Of a stretch of 64,000 nucleotides of DNA, positions 34,887 to 47,150 are shown in pieces. The translations under genes were made by a program, and so were the position numbers. Below the pieces are notes generated by a model. It saw only the letters and a list, made by a program, of their open reading frames with translations. It did not search any database and was not told the origin of the DNA. Location of the stretch: the NCBI GenBank assembly GCA_047495785.1, contig JBLDXI010000003.1:682001-746000 (forward strand), given 5' to 3'. Every line of letters begins with the position of its first letter. Within the stretch, counting starts at the first letter, position 1. The stretch comes from Lepidodermella squamata. Its lineage: Eukaryota; Animalia; Gastrotricha.

Positions 34887-37067
34887 GATAAAATGGCATT
34901 CTAGACCTTAAAGCCTTCAGGAACTCTTAGGTATTTCCAGAAATTGTAATTGCAACTTCATCGGCCAACTTCCCGGCTTAATAGAAAAAACTTCTACACT
35001 TCGGGTTGTCTCAGATTTATTGGAAAACCAACGAGGTCAAGGCTATTTGCCGAGCAATTCAAGTTTTTCAACCAAGACACGCATTATGTTCAAGCAACAA
35101 TGATCCCGTCATTCAAATCATCATTTTTCAAAGTTTCAGCCCTGCCGGAGAAACTCATTTCTCCTCATTTAAAGGTATACGCAATCCAGTCGTGGACGTC
35201 TTGAATTCGTTTCAGCAGAAAATGCTTATGTAAATTAAGAAGAATTCAAAGGATTATCAGAATCTCAGAAATGAGACACCTTCAGATCAACTATTAGATG
35301 GGAAATGCCACAACTTGAATACCAATCAGATAAAAATAAGGCTCAGTCAGATTTTTATATTTCCGTAAACGACAATAAATGCCGCATCCTGAATAAAGGC
35401 CGCACGCGAGTAATCGCCTGTTGTCTCTTATATTTATTTCCACTTTTCTAAATATTTCATTGCAGATTAATATATTTATGATCGTAGCTTTTCGATAACA
35501 TGAATTTATCCCGCGATTATGACAGCCATTAATTTAATTCAATCTAATTTAATTGGACCAAACTTCAAATTTTTAATAACAAATAATAAGCGGAAATCTC
35601 TCAACAAACCCTGCTTTAGAACCTTAATGTGAAGTTCGCTGAAACCTAGAGTCGATGCATCCATATTTTGTTTTAGAAAGATTCGGTCAGCTAAGGTACA
35701 ACAGGATACTTCGTGATGTGATGAATGCAACTTTTATCTGCTCGCAACACTTCAATCAAGTTTGTATAGAGGGCGCATTTTAGCTGTTTCGATCGAATCC
35801 CATTCTAACGAGATTACCTCACACTAGATCTATCGACTGGTGGCAAAGAAATCGTCATGGTCATGGAGTTACTGAAAACTGCGAGGCAATACAATTATTG
35901 GCCATACCTTTTCGGATGTTCCACATTCTTCATAGTCGTTGAAATGCTGGATATTTAAAATTATAAATTTCCTATACAGATTAGAGTAGCATGAAAAGCA
36001 TCAAATATAACAGAATAGCATAAGAAAATTTCTTGGATATCCAAGAGCGAGGTCACTCCTCATGGCGTTTATAAGACGAAAGACACATCATTTATAAATA
36101 CGTATTTCCATGAACATGATAGCATGATTTCACAATTAATCTCATCCTGTGTCATTTGGTACCAAATTTTTTAATTGTTACCCGAGAGCGATGAGATAAT
36201 CGAATAACGAATTATATAAGAACTACCTGAATCATAATCGCTTAAAACAAAGCATTGTCAAACTGTAGAAGCGACGACCTGATAACTAAAACTTACATCA
36301 CGGTGCATCGCTAGTCGAAAAAAATTGGAAATGGCCACTCATCAACTGATGCTTCAACGAGTCGAAACATTGTAGGCAGGAAATGATAAGCTCAGCATCT
36401 CTATATGATGAAAGTTTCCAGTAATAAAAAAACGCATGGCCTTTTGAGCAACTTTTTTAATTGAAATTTTAAATACAACCTCGTAAACACATGTTTCAAG
36501 CTACAGCCGAAGGTTAACCATTCTGTAATTATTCAATCATCTGGTCTATCGAATCAAGTTTTTCAATTAAGCCAATCTGCTGCATCGTTACAATGACTTA
36601 AACATTGTAGAATGCTGTACACAAGGAATTTCTGACGTGGAATTTTCGGACGTTTTTATGGCATAATTTTCTTTCGAAATACTTTCTTTCACATTTTTTA
36701 CAGCCACGAACAACGAAAATACACACTCAATAAACGCATGCGTAGATGATGCTATAATCTCTCACTTTCCATAATTCAAATGCACCGGCTTGACACGGCC
36801 AGCACGCCGCATTTTATTAAACGTCAATGCTGACAACTAGGGCACACATGGCAGGAATGCCAGATATTAAAAATCCAAGAAACCTCCAGGAAAAAATGCG
36901 AAGCACGAAAAAAACTCTCGGGTCGTGCTACAAGGGCTAGCAATTCGAATTCCTGGCGAAACAGAAGCATGCCGGCCGCTGGTTATTTAAACCCGGCATC
37001 AAAGCCATTTAACAACAGTCAAACGCCAAATTTTCTTGTCTCGTGAAAGCTGTCAATTTTGCTTACA

Positions 37068-38384
37068 ATGGCGAAATTTATATTGTCATTAATCGCAGCG
37101 TCATGCTTGCTTTTGGTTGCAGCTGCTAGTGGACGCGGTCTCAAGCAGCCTGGCACTCCTGATGATCCTCGCTGGGTTGATTTCAAGAAACAATACAATA
37201 AAAATTTTGACAACGAAGACGCTGATGACCAAGAAGAGGAAGAACTGCTCGAAGAACTCCAAGACATCGACAGCTGGAATGGTAACAACACCGATGACCC
37301 TGATGTCAAATATGGCCTCAACGAATTCAGCTCCAAATCGGATGAGTGGAAGCAGAAGAACTTATTTGGCGACTCGGAAGAGGACCCGCCGACATTAACG
37401 AAAGTTGAAGGTGACCAGCGTAGAAAGAAGCGAGAAATCCAATTCTCGTATTCGACATCGTGTCTGAACACTGACTGCACGCTTTGCATCTATGAATATC
37501 ATTCAGGCGAACAAGTGGGCGGGAAGAACTGTGTAAAAATCGCCTCGACGGTAGATGCGGATGCTTACATTCGTGACATGGTTACAAAGCGCCCTGTCAA
37601 TTCTTACCCACCGGCGGATAACAATTTCAACAACGTGCCTACTCAAACCGTCTCGGAAGAAGATGCTGTCGTCATGCCTGGCACGATAATGGACTGGCGA
37701 AGCAAGGGCTATTTGACCCCGATCAAAAATCAGCAACAATGCGGTTCCTGCTACTCTTTTTCAACAACTGCTGTTTACGAGTCAAGATTGGCCATCAAAA
37801 ACAGGGCTGCCCCGATTTCAATGTCGGAGCAGCAGCAGGTGGATTGCGCCAAAGGAGTAGGATCCAACAGAGGATGCAACGGAGGCAGCATGTCGAGCAG
37901 TACCAGCTACTACCGCAGAGCTAAGGCATTCGCAAAAGCTGAGGATTATCCTTACACAATGACTGATACCAACGGTTGTCAGTACGACAGCAGCAAGGGC
38001 GTTCCGATGAATGTAACTGGGTTTTTCTGGGTGAAAGGAGTTGATAACCCGACCAACACGATTGAGGTGGCGCAGAGCTCAATGGTCAGACGAATGATAG
38101 ATGCGCTCCAATACGGACCGATCGACGTTGGAATGGACGCTGCTTCTAAAAAGTTCAGTGCCTACAAGGAAGGAGTGTGGGACGACAAGGAATGCTCAAC
38201 CAAGACGAATCACGCTGTCGTTCTAGTCGGCTACGGAACAGATCCGACGACCAATGAAGACTACTGGATTATCCGTAATTCCTGGGGCAAGACATGGGGA
38301 TACAACGGTTATGGCAAGATTCGCAAGGGTGTCAATCGATGTGGCATTGAAACCAGCATCCAATTGCCCTATTTCGGCAATTAA
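37068..38384 (+). CDS. Papain-family cathepsin L-like cysteine protease, copy 4
   Basis: Intronless, ATG at 37068 (MAKFIL, aligned with paralogs), catalytic motifs intact. Confidence 0.95.
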   Translation: MAKFILSLIAASCLLLVAAASGRGLKQPGTPDDPRWVDFKKQYNKNFDNEDADDQEEEELLEELQDIDSWNGNNTDDPDVKYGLNEFSSKSDEWKQKNLFGDSEEDPPTLTKVEGDQRRKKREIQFSYSTSCLNTDCTLCIYEYHSGEQVGGKNCVKIASTVDADAYIRDMVTKRPVNSYPPADNNFNNVPTQTVSEEDAVVMPGTIMDWRSKGYLTPIKNQQQCGSCYSFSTTAVYESRLAIKNRAAPISMSEQQQVDCAKGVGSNRGCNGGSMSSSTSYYRRAKAFAKAEDYPYTMTDTNGCQYDSSKGVPMNVTGFFWVKGVDNPTNTIEVAQSSMVRRMIDALQYGPIDVGMDAASKKFSAYKEGVWDDKECSTKTNHAVVLVGYGTDPTTNEDYWIIRNSWGKTWGYNGYGKIRKGVNRCGIETSIQLPYFGN

Positions 38385-38715
38385 ATAACACGATTCAATG
38401 AAAGATGAGCTGAATAATTTATCCATTGTTAGCTCTCAAATGATAGCTGGAGCTAGCTGACAATATTATTTGAGCAAATACCAAATAAAGTTTTGAAATA
38501 TGAAAATATGATTTAATTGTCGTGATTACACATTTCAAAACAATAGCCACCAATGAAAAGCAGGTGATGTCTCCAGCGCTCCGGGTTTACGCAAAGAAAT
38601 CATAAAACAGGGTGAAAACTCCAAGCTCTATTATTGGGCGAGAGGTCTCAGCGTAAAAGTTTGTTTTTTGGCAAAATTTCGAAGACTCCGCAATAAAGCG
38701 GGGAGACGCCTTTAA

Positions 38716-38781
38716 TTGCTACCGATCGTTCGATCAATTGCAAGTCAAATAAATTAATTAATTAATTAAATAAATAAATAA
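38716..38781 (+). mobile_element. Extremely 5'-truncated CR1-type 3' end (hairpin plus AAAT tail)
   Basis: TTGCTAC-[hairpin]-AATTGCAAGTCAAATAAA... matches the 3' end of the CR1 copy at 14508-14557. Confidence 0.6.
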
Positions 38782-39552
38782 GCTATAAAAGACATCCCAA
38801 CTCCAGAAATGAGAGAAATTCCGATCAATTATTTCATCTGCAATGACTTCAATAAAAACCGGATGAATAGAGTTTAACTAGATGAAACTTCCGTATTCAG
38901 TTTACTTCAATTATATTCATTCTCTTTCATTGGATTATTTAACGGAAGAAATGCTCCGAAAGGAGAAAACGTATGCCCAATCTTATTGACACACACTACA
39001 AACACACTAATTGAACGCACAAGGCGCCAAGTTCAAGACAACTTATCATTTGATGTTATGTATAAGGTTCACGTCATTGAACTATGATGCGTCATTTGAA
39101 TTCCATAAGCTGAAGGAAAACTACAAATTTAGCCAAAACTTTTCTCGCTCCTGTTCAACGTAATAATTTTTCGTTTTTTGTTCGAGTGCTCATAGAATTG
39201 ATACGCGTACAGTGCCCTGTAATAATAACAATTTCAAGATGCCAACGTGAATGCTTTCAACCATAAACTAGCATGACCTGCTGACTACATTTTCTCCTGC
39301 AAGAAGAGTCACGAACTACGCTAGGCATTCGATGGCCTACTAGATAAGCCACGCAATAATAAAAAATTGCTTCGTTGATGAGAAAAAAGTTGATTCGTGA
39401 TGTGCAGGATGGCAGCTGAAATACCTGAAGTGGCGAGGGCTTAACAGCCGCTTGGTATAAAAGTCATTGGAGCAAACTCCATTCCAACGTCAGAAATAAT
39501 ACAGTTTCCTTCTGGGTCTATATCTAAACATCGAAGATTTCAAGTTTTAAAC

Positions 39553-40869
39553 ATGAGAATTTATCTATTGGCTATCGTCTCAGCATCATGCCTACTTGCC
39601 CTCGTAATGGCTAACGGCCGTGGTCTCAAGCAGCCTGGAACCCCCGACGATCCTCGTTGGGTTGATTTCAAGAAACAATTCAATAAAAACTACAACGACG
39701 AAGCGGCTGACGACGAGGAAGAGGAGGAACTGCTCGAAGAGCTCGAAGACATCGACAGCTGGAACGCTAACAACACCGATGACCCTGATGTCAAGTATGG
39801 TCTCAACGAATTCAGCTCCAAATCGGATGCGTGGAAGCAGAAGAACCTGTTTGGCGCTGCGGAAGACCCGAAGCCAACAGTGAGAAAGGCTGAAGGTGGT
39901 GGAAGCAGGAAGAAGCGAGATGTCAATTTTTCGTGGAGTACGAGCTCCGATGGCACGACCAGTACTGTTTGCATCACAGAAGAACATTCCGGTGATAAAA
40001 TGGGTGAACCCAAATGCTTAACAGTGCCCGACGGAACAAACGTTGAAGCTATTATTCGTGACATGGTTTCAAAACGTCCACTGAATTCCTATCCACCAGA
40101 GGACAACAATTTCAACAACGTGCCTACTCAAACCGTCTCGGAAGAAGATGCAGTCGTCATGCCTGGCACTTCAATGGACTGGAGAAGCAAGGGCTATTTG
40201 ACCCCGATTAAAAATCAGCAACAATGTGGTTCTTGCTACTCTTTTGCTACAACTGCAGTTTACGAGTCTAGATTGGCTATCAAAAACAAGGCTGCCCCAG
40301 TTTCAATGTCTGAGCAGCAGCAGGTGGATTGCTCACAAGGAATAGGTTCCAACAAAGGATGCAACGGAGGAAGCTTGACTAGCAGTACCACCTACTACCG
40401 CAGAACCAAGGCATACGTGAAAGCTGAGGATTACCCTTATACAATGTCCGATAGCAATGGTTGTCAGTTCGACAGCAGCAAGGGCGTTCCGTTGAACGTA
40501 ACAGGGTTTTACTGGATAATAGGAGCTGAAAACCCGAGCAGCATAAATGATGTACCACAGAGCTCAATGGTCCAACGAATGATAGATGCACTCCAATACG
40601 GACCGTTCTACGTTGCGATGGACGCAAACAAAAAGTTTGAAGCCTACAAGGAAGGAGTATGGGACGACAGAGAATGCATGACCAAGACGAATCACGCCGT
40701 CGTTCTAGTCGGCTACGGAACAGATCCGACGACCAATGAAGACTACTGGATTATCCGTAATTCCTGGGGCAAGACATGGGGCTACAACGGCTACGGCAAG
40801 GTTCGCAAGGGTATCAATCGTTGTGGCATCGAATCCCACATCTCTTTCCCATACTTCGGCAATAGCTAA
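39553..40869 (+). CDS. Papain-family cathepsin L-like cysteine protease, copy 5
   Basis: Intronless, signal peptide, catalytic motifs intact, TATAAAA at about 39457. Confidence 0.95.
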   Translation: MRIYLLAIVSASCLLALVMANGRGLKQPGTPDDPRWVDFKKQFNKNYNDEAADDEEEEELLEELEDIDSWNANNTDDPDVKYGLNEFSSKSDAWKQKNLFGAAEDPKPTVRKAEGGGSRKKRDVNFSWSTSSDGTTSTVCITEEHSGDKMGEPKCLTVPDGTNVEAIIRDMVSKRPLNSYPPEDNNFNNVPTQTVSEEDAVVMPGTSMDWRSKGYLTPIKNQQQCGSCYSFATTAVYESRLAIKNKAAPVSMSEQQQVDCSQGIGSNKGCNGGSLTSSTTYYRRTKAYVKAEDYPYTMSDSNGCQFDSSKGVPLNVTGFYWIIGAENPSSINDVPQSSMVQRMIDALQYGPFYVAMDANKKFEAYKEGVWDDRECMTKTNHAVVLVGYGTDPTTNEDYWIIRNSWGKTWGYNGYGKVRKGINRCGIESHISFPYFGNS

Positions 40870-42851
40870 TTGCAAACTATTGGTTATTGGACTACTAAAG
40901 TTCATTTTTACTATCCCAAACTAAATCGAAATGGAATTCAATAAAATAAATATACACTCTATGCATGAAGAAATTCGGAGTTTTTATTTTTATGTAATAA
41001 TGACAGCCTTGGTGTTATTAGAATTTGAGCCACTAAAATATTTCATCAACCCTTTCAGCCGGAATAGTCTTTTTATCAACAAGTGATGAGGTGGAGGCAA
41101 TCGCTTGATCAAGGAGAGGTAAAATTAAATGCTGTGCTCTGTTTTAAATTGGACACAGCCTCCGAGCTGCCCTCGACTTACGAGCTCTTGACAGATGGGC
41201 AAACTCAAACACGACTTATTCTAGTAAACCACAGCGTCAGACCAAATTATATAATTTAGGGGCCCCTGAGTAATATCCATCTTTCCATTGTTAGCAACCA
41301 GCGGTAAACAGGGTAGTCATTTAAAAACTAATTCTAGCCAATACGTGGTATTGTCGCAACCCAAGTAAACTGATTGAATCAGTGGTCCAAAATCAAGCCA
41401 GAGAGAATTGTCGGCTACATATTGGGAACCAATAGGAGGCCATTGTTCACAGGACAAAGGTGTCATATTAGCCGAAAATTCGCATAAAACCTTCAATAAA
41501 TTCGCACTTACTTTATCCTCGTCTTCTGGATCGGAGGTATCGAATCCGAGTGGATGATATTTTTATTGCGATGGCAGCCGTCGGAGAGTTCTACCTGCAA
41601 CTACTCAACATTGAGATGCAAGTCTTTGCATTTCAAAAGCAACTGCAAACATTTTTTCAGCATCCATACCTCTAAAATTCTCTAAAATAATTCACTATCG
41701 ACCATAGAATCAAGGAATTGTTGAAAACTATATCAATTTCGCTACATGTTCTACGTTCTCGAGCGTCATCTTGTCAAAAGAATCTGAGAATATGGAATTT
41801 ATCGCACATAATATAGTGTAGTATAGATATAATACTTATTAATGATTCAGCGGCAGGTTAAAAGAAAAATTTCACTGTAAAATTCAATTAAATAACCTGG
41901 TTTTTTCCGAATATTTGCCTTTCGGAAAAATCTCAATTAGATTAAAAAGCTTTCATTTTTCAAATGGCTTTTTATAGACAGTATCCAAACATTAAAATGC
42001 CTCCAAAAACAGAAAATATCCGCTTCAAAATTCGAATCATCAGCTGCCTGAAATACCATAAACCATAAACCATTATCTCATTTTCCGAGAATTAAATCCT
42101 AAAAAGCAAAAAAAATGAAGCAAAGCACCAATTATTTCCATGTCATTCTCTTTTATTCATTTTTCTTCTATTTCGATTTTTTCGCATTATATTGCACCTT
42201 CAGAACATTTAATTATGTCAAGTAATATTACATATATGAATTCAAGAGAAAGAGCAGCCAACATTAACGGGTATTGCGGTAAATGTCAAACGGTCAATTA
42301 ATTGCGTCTGCTTTAGACGCGGAATCAACCAGGCCAGTAATTTGTAGCTTTATCGATCACGCCGAATACAAATAATATTAAAATCCAATTTCACGCGTTA
42401 GAACTCGAAAGCTCTTTGGAAACAAAAATAAATTATATATATGTATCTTATTTCAGTGGAAGCTGATTCATAGTAGCGATGTCACCAATCAAGACAAAAA
42501 CAATAACCCAGATGCCATTTGGAGATATTAGATAAAGAATTTGTGTCCTCTGGAATTGAGTCACAACAATTGGTTTTCTTTTAAGAACAACCCCAAAGCA
42601 AAATGAATAAACCGAGATTCACAATACAATGCAGGAATGCGTCCCCTCAGTCGCCTACCAAAGCCGGCAGATTGCTGCCATAAAACGGCACAAATGATTA
42701 TTGTTAGTAGTTCCATAAATAATGATGATATTCGAAAGACTTTTTGTTGTTTTACTCCGAAGCATCATTTCAACACACTTTTTGTCAAACCATAATCAAG
42801 GTTTTCGACTCGGGACTGGTTATTAGAAATGAAACAAGAGAAAATATCAGA

Positions 42852-44389
42852 TCAAACATCCGATACATTATCGCGACCCTGGTAAGTTCTGAAACCAGAC
42901 CTTGAAACAGCAGCAGCTTGGAGGTCGGCGAACGAATACTCGCTAGGTAAAAGTGACCCGCTCCGGGATGATGATGGCTTCAAAAGCGGGGCCGGCCACC
43001 CAGATGGTGTATCAGCTTCGGGTGTGAATGAAGTATTGGGCGAATGGGAGAAGGGGAGTGAGCCGTTTTTGAAGCCATTGCGATCCGTGTCGTAGGCAGG
43101 GATTTTCATGACATCAGCATGCTGGGGCAAAGTTTCCTTCTTTTTGTATTCGTCATATTTTGCCTAGAGGATAGAAAAAGCGAGAAGATTAGCAAAATAA
43201 TTCCCACATCATGAACTAATGAGTAGACTTCGGTGCAGCGAACAACGATTTCAACTCGATTTCTCTTTACCTTCGTCTTCCACTATCAATAAATGTCTGT
43301 TCATTGACCATACAGTCTTCCCAACAATTTATATATGGCATATTAAATTACAGATGCAACTCACTTTATTGTAGAGGAAGACGCCAGTCAAAGCAAGAGA
43401 CATTCCAAAAATGTTCGAAGGCGTCACTGGATTACGTAGGACAACAATAGAAATGATGATGACAGCAACACGCTTGCTGGAATTTGTGACGGCGTAGCCC
43501 AGAGAACTCAGCATGGCAATCAATGAGAAAGCAATCTTATTCTGGAGAAAGTTGCACATGCCATCCATAAACAAGAAAAGCAGCGCACGAGGCCAAGCGA
43601 CTTTCGAATTCGGCTTCAAACGAAAAAGAAATTGAGCGTAATTCATTAAATAGAAAACGATGAACGTACATCGGCCACATCGGCAACAATTCTGAATAGA
43701 TCATAAAATATCCATACTGGAAGCGCCATTACCACAGCCAGCCGGGTGAGTAGGAGAAGCAGCCTCAAATGGTGAATGCCAGATTCTTTCAACACCTATT
43801 GTAAGACATAATTACAAACTGGTTTCGGCAAAGCAGTCGGTAAACGAACCTTTTTAGAATAAATATTTTGAATTGTGAATACTAATGTCGAAATGATTGC
43901 ACTGATGAAGCCGACCATGTCAAACGAGAGCTCAGTAGCTGATGCAACAACAACACCAGCGACAATAATGACAAGACTGGCATAAACTTGGGCAGTATGG
44001 TGTTCTTTCAGAACAAACCGCGATATCAGAACTGTGAAAAGAGGCAGAGTAGCTTTCACAGTGTGGGCGAATGAGACCGGAACTTTCCAAATGCTAACTC
44101 GTGCTGAGAATGTAGATATAAATTTGCCGAAGGCGAGTGGTACGATCCAGCGCAGGTAATAAGCGCGAGGAATTGTGTGATCATCACGAGGTATACCCCA
44201 AAAATACAGCATTGGTGGAAGATATGCCGCAATTGAGAACAACTGACACATGGCCACGGTTAGAGGAAAGGGCATGTTTGACAGCAACATCTTTTCTATC
44301 ACCCCACCAGTGGAGCTTATGGTGTACCAGAGAAGACATAGGCCGAGTACTTTGATGTGCAAAGGACTAAGCCAGCGTCGGAGCGGCAT
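42852..44389 (-). CDS. SLC35E1: Solute carrier family 35 member E1 homolog (nucleotide-sugar/triose-phosphate translocator family), about 408 aa
   Basis: Exons 44389-43850, 43795-43670, 43613-43365, 43163-42852. Motifs SIWKVPVSFAHTVKATLPLF, ATELSFD, QNIYSKKVLKESGIHHLRLL and YAVTNSSKR. Confidence 0.88.
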
Positions 44390-44759
44390 GACGAGTTAAT
44401 TCTCGCTGACTGACCGGAACCAAAACTCAGAGTGAGTATGACATACCAGCGACAAAAAAAACGAATTTATTATTAGCTATAACTCTAATGCATCAAATAT
44501 CAAAAAGCGTGATAAGACAGCATTCAAAACGCATGAAAGAAAGTCATCGATTGTTTGACCGCACCGGCAGGCGACATCTGGTAAAAATTACGCCGAAAAA
44601 GCCCAAAGCCCGATGAGCAGAATCTTCAAAACTTGGATGATGAAGAATCGAAAAATACAGTCAATATGAAATATTTGCAATAAAAAAAAATTCAGTGATT
44701 CAGAATTCAAGAGAGCCAGTTAGCGTTATACGTTATAACCGGCTACAAATCACCGCTCG

Positions 44760-46281
44760 ATGATGATGATGATAACGGCGTTCACACCCTCTAGGAGGAT
44801 TTTGCCGCCTTCGACGCGGAGGCACCAATACGAGCAGTCAATCTTCGCCATCCATTGCGGTCGCTGGCGAGATCACGTAGAATCGCTAAATCCACTTTGT
44901 TGGCTAGGTCTGGAGACCAGATCTTCTTCGCATAATTGTGGTCCTCGTGAATTGCAGTGAGATGTGCATGCGCTTCTCTCAGTTCTTTCGCGAGAACTTT
45001 CGGTAGGGTGGTTAAACCTCGACCAAGATGAGGTTGGCCGCCGGCTCGAAAGTACAGGTCCATCGCCATCTGTGCTGGTGTAGTCGCTGGTAGGCGGAGG
45101 ATATGGCCGAAGAGGCGCCATCTTCTTCTTCTGGCGGTCTCCGACGCTGGACTTGTACCGGTCTTTGAGTAGAGCTCAGCATTTGAGATGATCTCTGGGT
45201 AGTATATTCCTAGAGCCCGTCGCATCTGATTCCGATGGTGGGCATCCATTCTTTCGTCTTGATCTGCTGTCAGTCCTCTTGTTTCGCAGTTGTACATCAG
45301 GATCGAAAAGACTTTGCAGTTGTAGATCCGTATTTTGCGGTCCCAAGAGATGTTAGCTTTCCAGACCGATTTCAATTTGTCAAATGCGAATGAAGATAAC
45401 TGAATTCGATGATCTAGGTCCTCCTTGTCGCCTAGGAGGCTGCCGAGCTTCTTAACCATGCGCCAGGGCTCTTCGGTCCCGTTCAGGTTTCTGATGACTC
45501 TGGTTTTCTCTGTCTTGTTGACGTTCACTTGCAGGTTCCACTTCTTCAGACTATTAGCCGATATGGTTGTTGTAAATTAGCCGATATTGTTGGAGAGCAA
45601 GTAAAGTGGGCTCCCCCCGCATTCTTCGTCAGATTAGCGGATCTCTTCAACGAGATGGCCCGCACCAACGCCAACTGGGACTTAAACACTGCAAAACTAG
45701 TACTGCTTCAAAAACCGGGTAAACCGAAAGGCCCCATAAGCAACCTGAGACCCATTTTCCTGCTCAACGTATTCAGAAAAATGCTGTCAAGTGTTGTTCT
45801 TCAACGCATCAAACCTAAAATATCAAACTACCTGTCACGTTCGCAATGCGCATACACCGCAGGCAGATCGACGGGTGATGCGGTGTGGACACACAAATGG
45901 TTAACGGCGAGAATCATAAAATTCAAGGAACAATTCTTCATTCTTGGCATTGACCTTAGCAGCGCATTCGATACAATTGATCGCAGTAAGCTCCTCAAGA
46001 TTCTGGGCGAATTGATTGATGAAACGGATCTCAAAATTGTCGAACTTCTGCTCTCAAACACTACCCTCAACATCGGTTTCAACAAATGCATGAAAATCAT
46101 CAACACCTTCGTTGGCTCACCGCAAGGGGACGCTCTCAGCCCGGTACTCTTCATCGTTTACCTGGAAGCTGCCCTTCGAGAGCTCAGATGCATGACTCCT
46201 CACAATGAAAACATGCCTCGCGAGCTGATCTACGCAGACGATACGGACATGTTTGCCACCGACAAGGCTCAAGCCGACAGC
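44760..46281 (-). mobile_element. RTE-like non-LTR retrotransposon, 5'-truncated with 5' inversion, 12-bp TSD
   Basis: TSD AATCACCGCTCG at 44748-44759 and 46282-46293. (CAT)n tail on the minus strand at 44760-44773. The 3' RT half is on the minus strand (about 45575-44791). The upstream RT half (NLRPIFLL, DLSSAFD, GSPQGDALSP, YADD) is on the plus strand (about 45575-46281). Confidence 0.92.
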
Positions 46282-47150
46282 AATCACCGCTCGGCCAAAA
46301 AAAAATGAAAGCGCAAGATTCTGAGATTTCCCGGCATCATTAATTATTGACACTACATTGATTACAAACATTCAATTTGAACATTTTCATATTTAAAAAA
46401 TATGTTTTTAGTAAATGACAAAATATTTTAAAATTAATTAAATTTGATATCAGGGGTGAGTCTGTCAACTGCGACCGGCTCAAAGAGTCTCCGCTAAAAA
46501 TAGCGTCTTTCGTCATACGTTGAGACGCCTACGCCTCTCTTTTGCGACCTTCATAGGCAACATAGGCAATAAGATGCCCTTAGTCTTCGGATGTCTACGC
46601 GCAGGATTAAAGGTTCTTGCCAGGATAGATAAATATTGAATTGTGAGCGTTTTGGCGTAATTATTTGTGCAAAGCCAATTGCACAGGTGGTTTGAAAATC
46701 TGTAGTTGGTTTGCAATTCGTTATACGCTGTTTGCGCTATTCGGTTATCTGCTAGATCTATTTTTTTCATCAAATTGTTCTATTTTATGCAAACTGCATA
46801 CATCGTAATTGTTGAAATCATTTTTGAAATGCGCGAAGTGGGTCGTAGATGATAGAATGGATGATACATAATGATCATCCTGGTAGAGTTATTTGCAAAA
46901 ACTTCGATTCGAACATTGCTCTTTTAACTTTGCGTAGTTATGCACAGGCTATACAACTATAAAGCAAGCCTTGCATATCTATCATCAGCGCTAATCAAAT
47001 TGCCTTTAACTTTGTTATTATTCATAGTTGTTTATTTTTAGATTTAACTAGTTAAGGATGAATGTTGTTAATATTTCTTGAGGCACACTTCTCGCTACCT
47101 AAACTATCCGTTTCACACTGACTCATGTGACTTCGTAAGCTTACCTAGCA

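Noticed and set aside
32486-40064. Recurrent antisense poly-Ser ORFs over the cathepsin prodomains
   Set aside because: These are shadows of the GAA/GAG-rich acidic coding strand. They recur only because the sense genes are paralogs.
45529-46308. Independent plus-strand reverse transcriptase gene back-to-back with a minus-strand gene
   Set aside because: Both are halves of one inverted LINE insertion bounded by a shared TSD.
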